Assembly (NCBI GenBank): GCA_963664015.2
Contig: CAXXLF010000001.1
Coordinates: 704,001 to 768,000 of the forward strand
DNA: 64,000 nucleotides
Origin: Candidatus Binatia bacterium
Lineage (GTDB): Bacteria; Desulfobacterota; Binatia; UBA9968; CAXXLF01
Reading direction: 5' to 3'
A program made the translations under genes and the position numbers. Below, piece by piece: positions 1 to 10,540 of this stretch; position 1 is the stretch's first letter; each line of letters opens with the position of its first letter. Below the pieces are notes generated by a model. That model did not search any database and was not told where the DNA came from. It worked only from the letters and a program-made list of their open reading frames with translations.

Positions 1-367
1 TCTCCGCCACGATTACCTCGACGTGATTAGCAGTTGCGCAATAGATCCCGCAGACCTCGGGGACCGCTTTGAGGGAATTGAGAATACTGATGGGGAAATA
101 CCCCGCACCCAGAAAAAGGATAAAGCTGTGCCCCGCCTGCAGGGCATGGGCGTTGCGCTTGGCAAGTGCGATCATGGCCTCGTCGGTTTCCGTCCAACGC
201 ACTAGCGCCGCTCCTGACGACTCGCAAAAGGCAAGGCCGAACTTGATTCCCGGTACGGCCTGAACCAACGCCTCATGTATGTCCTCGTCGGTCTTGATAA
301 AGTGGCTTTGGCCCAGGACAAAATTGATATCGTCAGGTTTGTCGATTCGGACCGTCAAAAGCTCCAT
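1..367 (-). CDS. Adenosine-specific kinase family protein (DUF355-like), truncated by window edge
   Basis: Not in ORF track. Manual translation from ATG 367: MELLTVRIDKPDDINFVLGQSHFIKTDEDIHEALVQAVPGIKFGLAFCESSG...AGHSFILFL...VPEVCGIYCATAN; GGAGGGAG RBS upstream. Confidence 0.85.
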   Translation of the reverse strand, partial: MELLTVRIDKPDDINFVLGQSHFIKTDEDIHEALVQAVPGIKFGLAFCESSGAALVRWTETDEAMIALAKRNAHALQAGHSFILFLGAGYFPISILNSLKAVPEVCGIYCATANHVEVIVAE

Positions 368-649
368 GGCAAACTCCCTCCGTGTTCGTTCAAATCCCCC
401 ATGAGGGACTGGATAGGGGTTCCCAACTCAAATCGGGCACAATCGGACGAGAGTCCTTCTACGATCGCCTCTTTCCCGTGTTAATATTTCATGAAGCCTA
501 TTCTTGACAAGATAGAGGGGGTTTGGGATATGCTTATCCTAGCTAATGCCGATCGACCACCATGGAGTTAAGCCAGTTCGATGCCTCACTTCCGTCCTAA
601 TCGTACCCCCTTAAGACATGAGGGCGGGCGCGGAGAAAAAGGAGGAAAT

Positions 650-1840
650 ATGCCGACCATTGAAGAAAACGAACTCATGACCCAAGTGGGTCCCGAAACG
701 CCGGGCGGGCAGCTGCTCCGCCACTACTGGCACCCCATTGCAGTTGCCATTGAGCTGACACACGAGAACCCCACCAAGTTTGTCAGAATTCTCTGTGAAG
801 ACCTCGTGCTGTTCCGTGACAAGAAGGGCAATGTGGGTCTGATTGGTGACCGCTGTCCCCACCGGGGAGCCTCTCTCCTCTACGGCAGGGTTGAAGAACG
901 GGGTATCGCCTGCGCCTATCACGGTTGGTTATATGATACAGGGGGCAACTGCCTGGAGACACCACCGGAACCGGAGGATAGCAAGTTTCGCTTGACCATA
1001 AAGCACAAGGCCTACCCGGTACAGAAGTTCGTTGGCCTTTACTGGACCTACATGGGTCGCCAACCCGCCCCAGCGATTCCCAAGTACGACATTCTAGTTC
1101 GGAAAGACGCCAGGAAAATGATCCGGGTCCATCCGGTACTGGACTGCAATTGGCTTCAGGCGATGGAGAATTCGGTAGACCCCTCCCACCTGGAGATCCT
1201 CCACCAAACCATCATTGGCCGAGGAAGAACGCCAGTGAATACCACGCGGGGATTCGTCGATGACGTGGACCATTACGAATTTCAGACCACTTCGTATGGA
1301 GTCCTGAAGATCCGTACCTATAAAAACGGGCAAGTGGATAAGCATCCACTGATATTTCCCAATATTCTCCGTCAAGCAAAGACCGCCCAATACCGTGTGC
1401 CCATTGACGACACCCACACAATGCACTGGCATATCGTATTTGAGCCCACTCCCGACGGTAGCCTTGTGGAAGATGACGAAAACCCGAAAGTGGAGTACAT
1501 CGAGCCCTATAAGGAACCTGCGAAGGCACTATATCCCGCTGCCAACTTTTCTCCAGGAATGAAAAAGGTCATCGGGCAGGACCACATGGCCTGGGAGACC
1601 CAGGGACCGATTGCGAATCGAACCAGGGAACGACTGACCACCTCCGACAGAGGGGTCATCATTTACCGAGATCTCATCACGGAAAACATCAATAAGGTTC
1701 AGCAAGGTCAGGATCCCATGGGAGTCATGCGGGATCCTAACCATGAAATGATCGATACAAAGCTGTCCGAATCGCTCAAAGGCCCTGAAGCAGGAAACCG
1801 ACCGGTGATCGCCACGAAAACAGCGGCGGCACCGGTCTGA
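650..1840 (+). CDS. Rieske non-heme iron oxygenase alpha subunit (phthalate 4,5-dioxygenase/VanA-like)
   Basis: CPH...CAYH Rieske motif, ENSVDPSHLEILH and QDHMAWE mononuclear-Fe motifs; start moved to ATG 650 after AAGGAGG. Confidence 0.9.
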   Translation: MPTIEENELMTQVGPETPGGQLLRHYWHPIAVAIELTHENPTKFVRILCEDLVLFRDKKGNVGLIGDRCPHRGASLLYGRVEERGIACAYHGWLYDTGGNCLETPPEPEDSKFRLTIKHKAYPVQKFVGLYWTYMGRQPAPAIPKYDILVRKDARKMIRVHPVLDCNWLQAMENSVDPSHLEILHQTIIGRGRTPVNTTRGFVDDVDHYEFQTTSYGVLKIRTYKNGQVDKHPLIFPNILRQAKTAQYRVPIDDTHTMHWHIVFEPTPDGSLVEDDENPKVEYIEPYKEPAKALYPAANFSPGMKKVIGQDHMAWETQGPIANRTRERLTTSDRGVIIYRDLITENINKVQQGQDPMGVMRDPNHEMIDTKLSESLKGPEAGNRPVIATKTAAAPV

Positions 1841-1896
1841 GCGCCCCACTCTAGCTTCTATGACATCCTGCAATCCGGTCGAGCGCTGCAGACCCG

Positions 1897-2517
1897 TTAA
1901 GGGTTTTCACCGACACCGGAATGCCGGATAAACCTCTCAAGCACCTCGTAGGGCTGCGCACCGACGATCATAGAATCGTCCATCACATAGGTCGGGACAC
2001 CGGTGATGCCCAATTTTCGGCAGCGCTCCCAATCGGCATCGACTTGCTCCTTGAAGGTTCGGCTCGCCATCGCATCCCGCGCTTCGTCCACGGGGAGCCC
2101 TGCCTGTTCCACCAGCTTGGATAAAATCTCGGGCTGGGCAATGTTCGCATTGTCCACGAAGTAGGCTCGGAATATGAGACCGTGGAGACGGTCTCCGTCG
2201 GGCTTGCCTTCCGCCCATTTCCCCAGTTCCTGAGCAAGACGGCTATTGTAAGTCATCTTTCGCTCTCCGTAGGGTAGACCCTCCTCCTCGATCATGGCCT
2301 TCAACCGGCTTCGCCTCTGCTGCATGGCGGCCCCTGAGGGTCCCGAGGGACCTCCAAAGGCCCGTCCTTCCAGCGGCGTGTCCGGGTGGAGCGGGAAATG
2401 GGTAAATTTGACCTTCAGTCCAAACTCTTTTTTTAGTTTTTCAATACGCCCGGTACTGAGGTAGCACCAGGGTCAGACGTAGTCCGAAAAGACTTCAAGC
2501 GTTTTTGGCTCGTCCAT
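1897..2517 (-). CDS. DsbA/FrnE-family thiol oxidoreductase, selenoprotein (UxxC)
   Basis: ATG 2517 after AGGAGGGAG gives MDEPKTLEVFSDYV-TGA(2473-2475)-PWCYLSTGR...FPLHPDTP, in frame with ORF 1897..2325 (GITGVPTY, GAQP). Confidence 0.88.
2441..2459 (-). promoter_or_regulatory. Putative bacterial SECIS hairpin
   Basis: Minus strand TCAGTAC-CGGGC-GTATTGA: 7-bp stem with one G-U pair and a G-containing apical loop that starts about 20 nt after the UGA. Confidence 0.65.
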
Positions 2518-2545
2518 GATACTCCCTCCTTGGTTCTGTTTCGAC

Positions 2546-3628
2546 CTACAGGCCGTAAAGCCTGCGTGCATTCTCACCCATTATCTTGCTCATGGCTTCC
2601 GGTCCGATATCTTCTCTTTGGGTCACTGATTTGACCGTGTCCGGGAACTTACCATCGCTGTGATTATAGTCGGAGGCGAAGACGAGACGTTCTTCACCCA
2701 CGAAATCCATGACAAAACGTAACGTTTTTTCATCCGGCTCGAAGGAGTAATAGAACTGGTCACTGCGCATGTAATCGCTGGGTGGCTTGGTAAGCCAGGG
2801 CACCGTAGGTTGGAGATTCTCGTAGTGTTCATCCAGCCGCTCCATCCAGTAAGGGACCCAACCGGCCCCCGCCTCCATGCAGGCCACTTTCAAGCGGGGG
2901 AATCTGTCCAAAAGACCTCCGACGACGACACACAGGACACCGATCATCTGTTCAAAGGGGTGTGTCATGGCATGGGTATAAAAGGGGTTATCGAATCGCT
3001 CGATCCCTGCGGCGGTCCCATCACCGGCACCCACGTGTAGTGCAACTGGAACGTTGAGATGTTCCGCCTCGGCAAAGAAAGGATAGAGATCCGGGTCATC
3101 GAGATTTTTGCCCGAAGAGGAGTGAGTTGGAGCTGCAACGGCAACGAAGCCCAACTCTTCAACGCAGCGGCGCAATTCTTTTACTGCCGCGGGAGGATCC
3201 TGGATGGGGACCAGGGCTACGCCTTTAAGCCGACTTCTGTCCGCCTTGCAGTATCCCGCCAGCCAATCGTTGTAGACCTGGGCAATAGCACAGGCCAGAT
3301 CCTTATCCTCAAAGAACGGCAGGCTCAGGAATGGGCTTGAGCCAAACAAAACGGCGGTATCGATACCTTCCAGGTCCATGTCCTCAAGGCGACGAACGGG
3401 ATCCGCCATTCCGGTAGTGGCCTGGGGATTTCGGGCACGGGGAGCCCCGATAAAGCCGCAGCCCTTACCCATGGGTTTGGGACACAACTTCCCCTCCACC
3501 ATGATAAAGGGTACGCCCCGATTATCCTTCACCAGAGTCGGCGCCTTGGAACGGTAGGACTCAGGGAGGAGGTCCCGCCAGGGAATACCTGATTCTGAAA
3601 CGTGACCGTCAGCATCGATAATTCGCAT
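2546..3628 (-). CDS. Amidohydrolase_2 family protein (ACMSD/LigW-like)
   Basis: IIDADGH N-terminal motif, ALHVG, MEAGAGW, FASDYNH; start at ATG 3628 after AAGGAG. Confidence 0.88.
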   Translation of the reverse strand: MRIIDADGHVSESGIPWRDLLPESYRSKAPTLVKDNRGVPFIMVEGKLCPKPMGKGCGFIGAPRARNPQATTGMADPVRRLEDMDLEGIDTAVLFGSSPFLSLPFFEDKDLACAIAQVYNDWLAGYCKADRSRLKGVALVPIQDPPAAVKELRRCVEELGFVAVAAPTHSSSGKNLDDPDLYPFFAEAEHLNVPVALHVGAGDGTAAGIERFDNPFYTHAMTHPFEQMIGVLCVVVGGLLDRFPRLKVACMEAGAGWVPYWMERLDEHYENLQPTVPWLTKPPSDYMRSDQFYYSFEPDEKTLRFVMDFVGEERLVFASDYNHSDGKFPDTVKSVTQREDIGPEAMSKIMGENARRLYGL

Positions 3629-3659
3629 AATTGTCTCCTTTAGGCCCCTTATCGCCATG

Positions 3660-3689
3660 ACGTTATCCGAAGTCCTTCTACCTTGTCAA
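3660..3689 (-). promoter_or_regulatory. Putative sigma70 promoter for the amidohydrolase-selenoDsbA unit
   Basis: TTGACA-18 nt-TAACGT on the minus strand, about 30 nt upstream of the start. Confidence 0.35.
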
Positions 3690-3991
3690 TTGAACAAAGA
3701 GGAGCTCACTGAAACGGAGTCGCATGGAAGGATAAACCAATTTAGCCCAGCCCCGGCTGGAGCGAATGTCCACCTCTTCCCCAAAAACCAGGTTGAGGTT
3801 GACACAACAACCCCTCCTCGCATATTTTCAGCTCAGAGCACCAAGGCGCCGGGCGGTTTGTCCCTCCGGTCGTCGCTGGGAGCCCTCGACGGTGGGCACG
3901 AGCGGGCCGCTCACGGCAATATTCACTTTCTCACGACCATGCCTGAAAAGCGACTTCCTATCATATACCTTTAATCTTCACGCTAGAGATT

Positions 3992-5730
3992 ATGAGTGAT
4001 TTGATGGATTGGATGGTATCGATGAAAACAGTGGTTACGCTGTTTGTTCTGCTCACGGCTTCATGGCTGATGACTTCCGATACGCTGGCACAACTTGGCG
4101 ATCAACCCAGCGGTGTTCCGACACCGGAGAGAGTGCTGAAACGCTTTGACAAGGACCGTGACGATACGATCACGCGGGACGAGTTTTCTGGCCCTCCAAT
4201 GCGCTTTAAAACGATAGGCCGCGACGGCGACGGACAGTTGACCGCGACAGAGTTGAAGGCAGCCTTCCAGCGCCCGTCCAATGGCGGGGACGGTCCGAGG
4301 GATGGTGGCGGGCCGCAAGGCCCGCTTTTGGATTGGCACCAGAACCTGCCGATCATTCTTACTCACGCCCATATCATTCCGTTCGTCGGCAGGGCGAACA
4401 CCATCAAGGTCATGAACCAAAATATGATACGAGCGGCGCCCGTGATGTCGACACCGGTCCCCGCAGATCGATCCGATAGATCATTTTTCGGAAGCTTGGT
4501 ACATCATGCGGGCAAATACCCCCACCGGTTTAGGGTCGCCGGCGGTGGTCGGTCTCTTAATGGCACGATCAACGATATAGTGCCTGACAAGGTAAGCGAG
4601 CGTGTCCGCCGAAGATTTATCGAACAGGCGGAGGAGATTGTCAGAAAGGGAGCGGTGAGTTTCGGTGAAACCACGGCCCTTCACTTTTCGTTTCGATCGA
4701 CCCACCCGTCCGAAATGGTGCAGCCCGACCAACCGCTGTTTTTGCAGCTCGCGGATATCACCGCAAAACATGATGTCCCCCTTGATTTACACGTTGAAGC
4801 GGTAACGACAGATTGGAATTCGTCCGATTACATTAAATCGCGCAGCCATCTTATTCCGTCGCGGATCCCAGAAAATATTACCGCCCTAGAGCGTCTCATT
4901 GCTCACAATCGCAAGACCAAAATAATCTGGGGCCATCTGGGCTTGGATGTGACCGGTCAGCGGACTACCACACTAACCCGTAGAATGCTGAAGGATCCCC
5001 CCCCATGTGTTTATCAGCATCACGGACGCCTGGGCGGCGGAGGGCCGCAATGCTGGCCCGAACTGGCTGATACGGCCGGGGAAGGGCTTAAATCCGGATT
5101 GGCGGGAGGTCATACTCGAATTTCCGGATCGATTCACCATTGGTTCCGACGCCTTTTTTCAACCGGATAATCCGACCCAAAAGATTCGTAAACCGCTGCG
5201 GCCCGCGATTCAAATCATCAGAAGACCCATGTTGCTGCCGGTCGTGGCTCGCAAGGTAGCATACGAGAACGCCCAACGGATTTTCAAACTCGATATTATC
5301 AAGCCTGGTGAGTATCCCTTGCCGGCCGGCCTGGCCGCACAAAATTTTAGCGCAAAAGATCGGGTTTCCGGAGGAGCAACATCCGCCGCTGTTCGGACCA
5401 GGTTGCAGGGGACATTGTCGGAATCTCAAATCCGAAGTTTAGTCGTCGGCAACACGTTGAACTTTGATGCGCCAAGCAACGGACGCAATTTTTTCATTTA
5501 TTTCGGTGAGGATGGCGAGATTCGGCAAAAAGTCGCCGGGGGTCCTCGGGTCGTCCGAAAAACATGGTTCTTCGATGACCGATGATTATTTTGCCGGACG
5601 GCGGGCAAGCAGAATGTAAATCATTGCACGTGAGTGTGCCCAGGCGACCAGCCTGGCAGCCTGATCTTGTTCAACGAAAAATTCAAGTACGAAGCAAACA
5701 TCTCACAGGGCCAGCAACTCCCCCGTTGAG
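3992..5730 (+). pseudogene. Secreted EF-hand plus amidohydrolase-fold protein, frameshifted
   Basis: Signal peptide, EF-hand-like loops (DKDRDDTITRDE, GRDGDGQLTATE), HAH, LDLHVE, WGHLG, IGSD motifs; frame change at the C8 run 4997-5004, further break near 5585. Confidence 0.65.
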
Positions 5731-6241
5731 GTACAACGTTGTCTCTCCAGAACTAACGATCTTTAAACTCCCATAGGTTCCATCGTGAGGGTCAGGTCTA
5801 TGGATTCTCGATTTCTAGCTCAACTGTTTCTCAATACGCCAAGGAGGGGTCGATCCTTACTCCCGCCAAGTAGTCCTACCCATCCCTACCTCTTAACTGT
5901 CCGTGAAACCTGGGTCGATTCAACTTAACCCCTTAACCTCATCTAACCCAACATCGAGAAAACTTGAAACATGATTTTGTAGAATGTATCGCTCCGGACG
6001 CCTCAAGCCCCCTCCAGTGCATAAGCCAACCTGCTTGCTCCAACCCTTATAACAAACACCAGACAATTGAGTTACCGGATAACAAGGCGCAGGACACAGA
6101 AGCACCATTGTTTGACATGGTTCGCTTCCTTCGTGCTATGATCCCCCTGACCCAAGCACCGCACCCTATTTTTGGTGACAGCTTCGGCGTTACCTTAAGG
6201 AAACTGATCAAAGTTCCCATTGGAGGAGAGTCAACATCCGA

Positions 6242-7642
6242 GTGGAGACCCGCGTCAATTATCTGCTCCTTGCCACCGCCATGTTGGGAACTTTTTTTTC
6301 CGGCACGGCGAGCAGGATCTTTAACATTTCCATGCCTACGGTGGCCCATAGCCTGGGAACCGACCTGATTGGCATATCCTGGGCGCTGCTCGCCTACCAA
6401 CTTTCCAACATCGGGCTTTCCCTTATCTTTGGCCGGCTTGCCGATATCTGGGGGAGAGAGAAGATATTTGCCCTGGGATTTATCGTCTTTTCCGTGAGCT
6501 CCCTACTCTGCGGTCTGTCGCAAAATGTCATGCAGCTCATCGCGGCTCGTTTTTTACAGGGTATCGGCGGGGCGATGATCCAGTCGTCCAGCCGTGCCCT
6601 GGCGGCAGATGCCGTCCCCGAACAGCTGGGGGGCCGGGCCCAAGGTTATATGACCACGGCTCACCATACGGGTTTTCTATTAGGTCCCAGTATCGGTGGG
6701 CTGACTATCGATTATCTGAGCTGGCGTTGGACTTTCTTCTTTCTCGTCCCCCTTGGACTCGTCGGCTCTTTGCTGGCTTTTACGAATTTGAAACGCCAGC
6801 CCATGCCGACCCAACGCCAACCCATCGACTATATGGGGGCCGCGCTCCTGTTCGCGGCAACGACAACCCTCATCTTCCTGTTCGACCGGCGCTCGCTTGA
6901 AATCTTCGGCCCCCAATCCAAGATCGCCCTGGCCATTGTCTTTGCCGGCTGTCTTTACGGATTAATTGCATACGAGAAAAGAGTGGAGAGTCCCTTTCTC
7001 AACCTCTCCCTCTTCAAGATCCGTTTATTTTCCTTCAGTGCCGTCAGCCTCCTCATCATTTCCACCTGTTATACCATTCAATTTTTTCTTCTTCCCTTCT
7101 ACATGCAAAACGTACTTCATCTTACGCCGTCGTTCATTGGATTTTTGTTCATGGTCCCTCCCATTATGACCGTTATGCTGGCACCGCTCAGCGGTCATCT
7201 GGCTGACCGCCTGGGTCCGCGACTTCCCGCAAGCTTCGGCATCTGCTTTATGACGGGCTCGCTTCTCGTTGGCCTTTTTTTCCAACCCAATTCCCACTGG
7301 CTTCTTCCCACACTGATGATCGCCTTGGGCGCCATTACTAACGGGATTTTCAATCCTGCCAATTCTAAGGCCATGATCTCAATGATGCCCCGAGAGCACC
7401 GGGGGTTCGCAACGGCAGTCAACCATGTGCTGTTTAGCGGCGGCAGTGTGGTCGGCGTAGCGGTGGGGGGATTTATAATGACGGCCGCCTTCGAATACCA
7501 CACGGGGCTGGCCGGCATCGGCCTGACCACGGACATCCCGGCTGGTTTTGTGAGTGCCCTCAATACAACCTTCCTCTTAACCGTAGGACTCAGCCTGGTC
7601 GGTCTAGCAACCTCCATCGCCAGAGGTGGCCGGACCTCTTAA
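6242..7642 (+). CDS. MFS transporter, DHA2 (EmrB/QacA-like)
   Basis: GRLADIWGRE motif A, ARFLQGIGG, GPSIGG...WRWTFF; many TM segments. Confidence 0.9.
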   Translation: METRVNYLLLATAMLGTFFSGTASRIFNISMPTVAHSLGTDLIGISWALLAYQLSNIGLSLIFGRLADIWGREKIFALGFIVFSVSSLLCGLSQNVMQLIAARFLQGIGGAMIQSSSRALAADAVPEQLGGRAQGYMTTAHHTGFLLGPSIGGLTIDYLSWRWTFFFLVPLGLVGSLLAFTNLKRQPMPTQRQPIDYMGAALLFAATTTLIFLFDRRSLEIFGPQSKIALAIVFAGCLYGLIAYEKRVESPFLNLSLFKIRLFSFSAVSLLIISTCYTIQFFLLPFYMQNVLHLTPSFIGFLFMVPPIMTVMLAPLSGHLADRLGPRLPASFGICFMTGSLLVGLFFQPNSHWLLPTLMIALGAITNGIFNPANSKAMISMMPREHRGFATAVNHVLFSGGSVVGVAVGGFIMTAAFEYHTGLAGIGLTTDIPAGFVSALNTTFLLTVGLSLVGLATSIARGGRTS

Positions 7643-7644
7643 GC

Positions 7645-7960
7645 CCGCACCACGGCATTTCGATCGAGTGGGTAAACTTGTGAATCAGTTCATCCACTAT
7701 GCGATCCTCTCCAACCGTGCGAGCCACCGGCACGACTTCAGTGTCTGGTGGATGACCTGGGAGGGAATAGGTGCTGTAGAAATGGCGGACTTCACTAGAG
7801 CCGACACCACCTGTCATGACGGGGACATGATTGACAAAGGGATCCGACGTCATTGTCGCCATGGTCGCATGGATACTCTTCTCCTTGAACTCGGCGGCCA
7901 TGTGCCGCTCCCACAACTCACCTTTGCCTGCTGTTCGGGAGTAAGGTTATGACTGTTCAT
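7645..7960 (-). pseudogene. SnoaL/ester-cyclase-like fragment (carboxymethylenebutenolidase-associated family)
   Basis: WERHMAAEF...TMATM...VNHVPVMTGGVG...RIVDELI..FTHSIEMPW; frameshift near 7917 and 3' truncation against the MFS gene. Confidence 0.7.
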
Positions 7961-8040
7961 GGCTTTTCGACACTCCCTTGCCTACCCCTTCTCTGGTGGC
8001 TCGACCACCATTGGAGACCTGGGGAATGGGGAGAATTCCC

Positions 8041-8952
8041 CTATAGTCCGAATTCCTTCAAGGCATTCGGATCCTGAGTCCATCCCGCATCCACTTTCAC
8101 GAAAAGTTCCAAATAGACCTTGCAACCCAAGAGGCCCTCCAGCTCCTCTCTTGCCTGCGTTCCGATCTCCTTGAGCATCGCCCCTTTCTTACCTATGAGA
8201 ATCGGTTTATGGGATTCCCGCTCCGAATGGATTGCAGCCTTGATGACCACGAGGTCCTTCTCATTCTTTTCATTAAACTCTTCAATGACAACCGCGACAC
8301 CGTGCGGAATTTCCTCCCGTGTCAATAAAATGATCTTCTCCCGAATCAACTCGGCGGCAATAAAACGCTCTGTTTGATCCGTAACTTCATCCCCCGGATA
8401 GTACCGGGGCCCCTCGGGCAGAGACTTTAAAATCAGGTCGACAAGGAGGGGCAGGTTGTCACCCGTGCGGGCGCTGATGGGAACAATTTCTCGGCCCGGC
8501 AAGAACGATGAAACCCGTTCCATCAACGGTAGGAGCTTTGATTTGGATACGAGATCGATCTTGTTCAGCAATACCAAAACAACTTTTCTCGAATCCACAA
8601 GCAGCCGGGCGATATCCTCATTTTCTCCGAAAATCCCTTCCCTGGCATCGACGAGCCAAAGGGTGAGGTCAACTTCCCGTACCGTGTTCTTGGCCACCTC
8701 CACCATCCGCTGAGTGATCAGGGAGCGTGCCCGGTGAATCCCAGGAGTATCGAGAAATACTACCTGCGAATCCGGAGTCGTCCTGATGCCCCTGATTTGA
8801 TTACGAGTGGTTTGCGCCGTGGGGGATACGATGGCAACTTTTTCACCCAGAAGCTGGTTCAGCAAGGTGGACTTTCCCACGTTGGGGCGGCCAATGATCG
8901 CGACAAAGCCCGATCGAAAAGTCTCAACCTTATTGTCCATGCTCTCTGTCAT
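8041..8952 (-). CDS. era: GTPase Era
   Basis: GFVAIIGRPNVGKSTL, QTTR, DTPG, NKID, C-terminal KH domain (ILIGKKG, LELFVKV); start 8952 or 8940. Confidence 0.97.
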   Translation of the reverse strand: MTESMDNKVETFRSGFVAIIGRPNVGKSTLLNQLLGEKVAIVSPTAQTTRNQIRGIRTTPDSQVVFLDTPGIHRARSLITQRMVEVAKNTVREVDLTLWLVDAREGIFGENEDIARLLVDSRKVVLVLLNKIDLVSKSKLLPLMERVSSFLPGREIVPISARTGDNLPLLVDLILKSLPEGPRYYPGDEVTDQTERFIAAELIREKIILLTREEIPHGVAVVIEEFNEKNEKDLVVIKAAIHSERESHKPILIGKKGAMLKEIGTQAREELEGLLGCKVYLELFVKVDAGWTQDPNALKEFGL

Positions 8953-9108
8953 CTCAGCAAAAAGTCTTCCAACGCTTTTCCCCAACGATTAATTCTGACC
9001 TCGGACCGACCAGGGGTCCGCTTGCCCTTCTCAGGGCCATGAAACGACTCCCATCCCTTGCACCGATCTCAGCGAGGTGCAGAGGTATCCGTTGGTTATT
9101 TTCTTTGG

Positions 9109-9597
9109 TTATTTTCTTTGTTTATTTCCTTTGACAAGCATCCAAAACATAACAAGGTGAGATACAAGCAGGAACGGAGCTGCAACAATCGGGATGAAAT
9201 AAGTTGCACCCATTTCAGCAGGTTGAGTGTACCTGAAACCCTGCATGATAGCGATGAGGAAGTCCATAAACCCTGCAAGATTGAACAGCCACACTGTCGC
9301 AATAGAAACTCTTAGCTTGGTCAATAAAGCCAATACAGAAACTAAAGCCAACACGGCAGCAATCAGATCCCCATAGGCCGCAGGATTCGCGAAACGCAAG
9401 TCTAATGAAGAACTCGTCACTCCAGTAAACAGAGAAGAGAGCCCCACATAACGAAAAATATGCGGGACAGTCATGAGAGCAAGCGCTTCATAAAATGGCT
9501 TCCTTTTCAGCCAAGGAATAATCCAGAATTTTACGATTATCATCCACCCGACAATGCCCATCGATATACTTATGAGTAGAAATCCAGTTTGGTTCAT
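9109..9597 (-). CDS. Hypothetical integral membrane protein
   Basis: About 5 hydrophobic helices, HIFRYVG and PAAYGDL motifs; AT-richer than its neighbours; AGAGG RBS. Confidence 0.7.
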   Translation of the reverse strand: MNQTGFLLISISMGIVGWMIIVKFWIIPWLKRKPFYEALALMTVPHIFRYVGLSSLFTGVTSSSLDLRFANPAAYGDLIAAVLALVSVLALLTKLRVSIATVWLFNLAGFMDFLIAIMQGFRYTQPAEMGATYFIPIVAAPFLLVSHLVMFWMLVKGNKQRK

Positions 9598-9792
9598 AGG
9601 GTCCTCTCGTCGTTCGTTCGCCAACAGGCCAATAGTAGAGTAGTGCAGGCCTAAACAATTCGCAACCGGACTACTCCAATCGGCGCTGCGTTCCGCATCC
9701 CGATCGAACTGGACGAGAGCGACCGAAATAATCGACTTCCACCCCCTTCCATCCCTTCACCGCATCATCACGCCGAAGTCCCTCTCCCGGTG

Positions 9793-10540
9793 CTAATAGT
9801 ACAGGCGCACGCCTAAGTAGTAAGTGCGTCCTATAAAAGGTCGCACCGTGAAGCTCGCGTTGGTGCCCGAACCGCTGTCATCGTCCGCCATGCTGAACTG
9901 GGGCGTGCCGTTCACGTCTTCGAATAGCGCCATCACGGTGTCGCTTTGGCCAAAGGTGCTGAACCGGTAGCTCCGCATCGCCGATGGGCGAATCACGAAG
10001 TTGAACTGCATTCCCGGGTCCAGTTGCAAGCGTTCAAAACTGGAAGGGTTCGAGCTTGCATTGATCCCGCGGTGCCAGCGGTGGATAGAAGGACTTCACC
10101 TCTCGCCGGTCCACTGGCGACAGGCCGGGTTTGGGCTCCAGCGGTTGGGTCTTGTAAATTTCGGGTTTCTCGATCACACCCGCCTCGAACGGTTAGTGCA
10201 TTATCGAATCCGCGTCCCAGGAAGATCCATGCACGTCTACGGGGTCGAGCTTGCAAATGATGTTGTGAAGCGTCGTCTCACGGGACAAGAAATTAGGCGG
10301 GCCGGCAAGTTCCGCATAAACCGCCTCCTCGTTCCACACAATACCCGCATTGGGATTCTGGTGCTCATGGGGAAACCCGAGAGTATGACGGATCTCGTGG
10401 ATTGCCGTGTCGACGTCCCAATTGTCGCCCTCGTCAAGATCCATGGTTCGATCGAACTGGGCAATCCCCAGTATGTCCCGACCAATATAAGAACAGTGGG
10501 CGGCAGGAGCGAAGTAAATCCTAACGCCTTTGCCTCCCAA
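9793..10540 (-). pseudogene. M12/astacin-like zinc metallopeptidase remnant
   Basis: HEIRHTLGFPHEHQNP (HExxHxxGxxH) and Met-turn DSIMH, then a stop; C-terminal DDDSG...GVRLYY module in a separate ORF; 5' part missing. Confidence 0.75.

Noticed and set aside
5780-5965. gggtcaggtct and taacc-rich strings as repeat or telomere-like elements
   Set aside because: Too short and degenerate to support without genome-wide counts.
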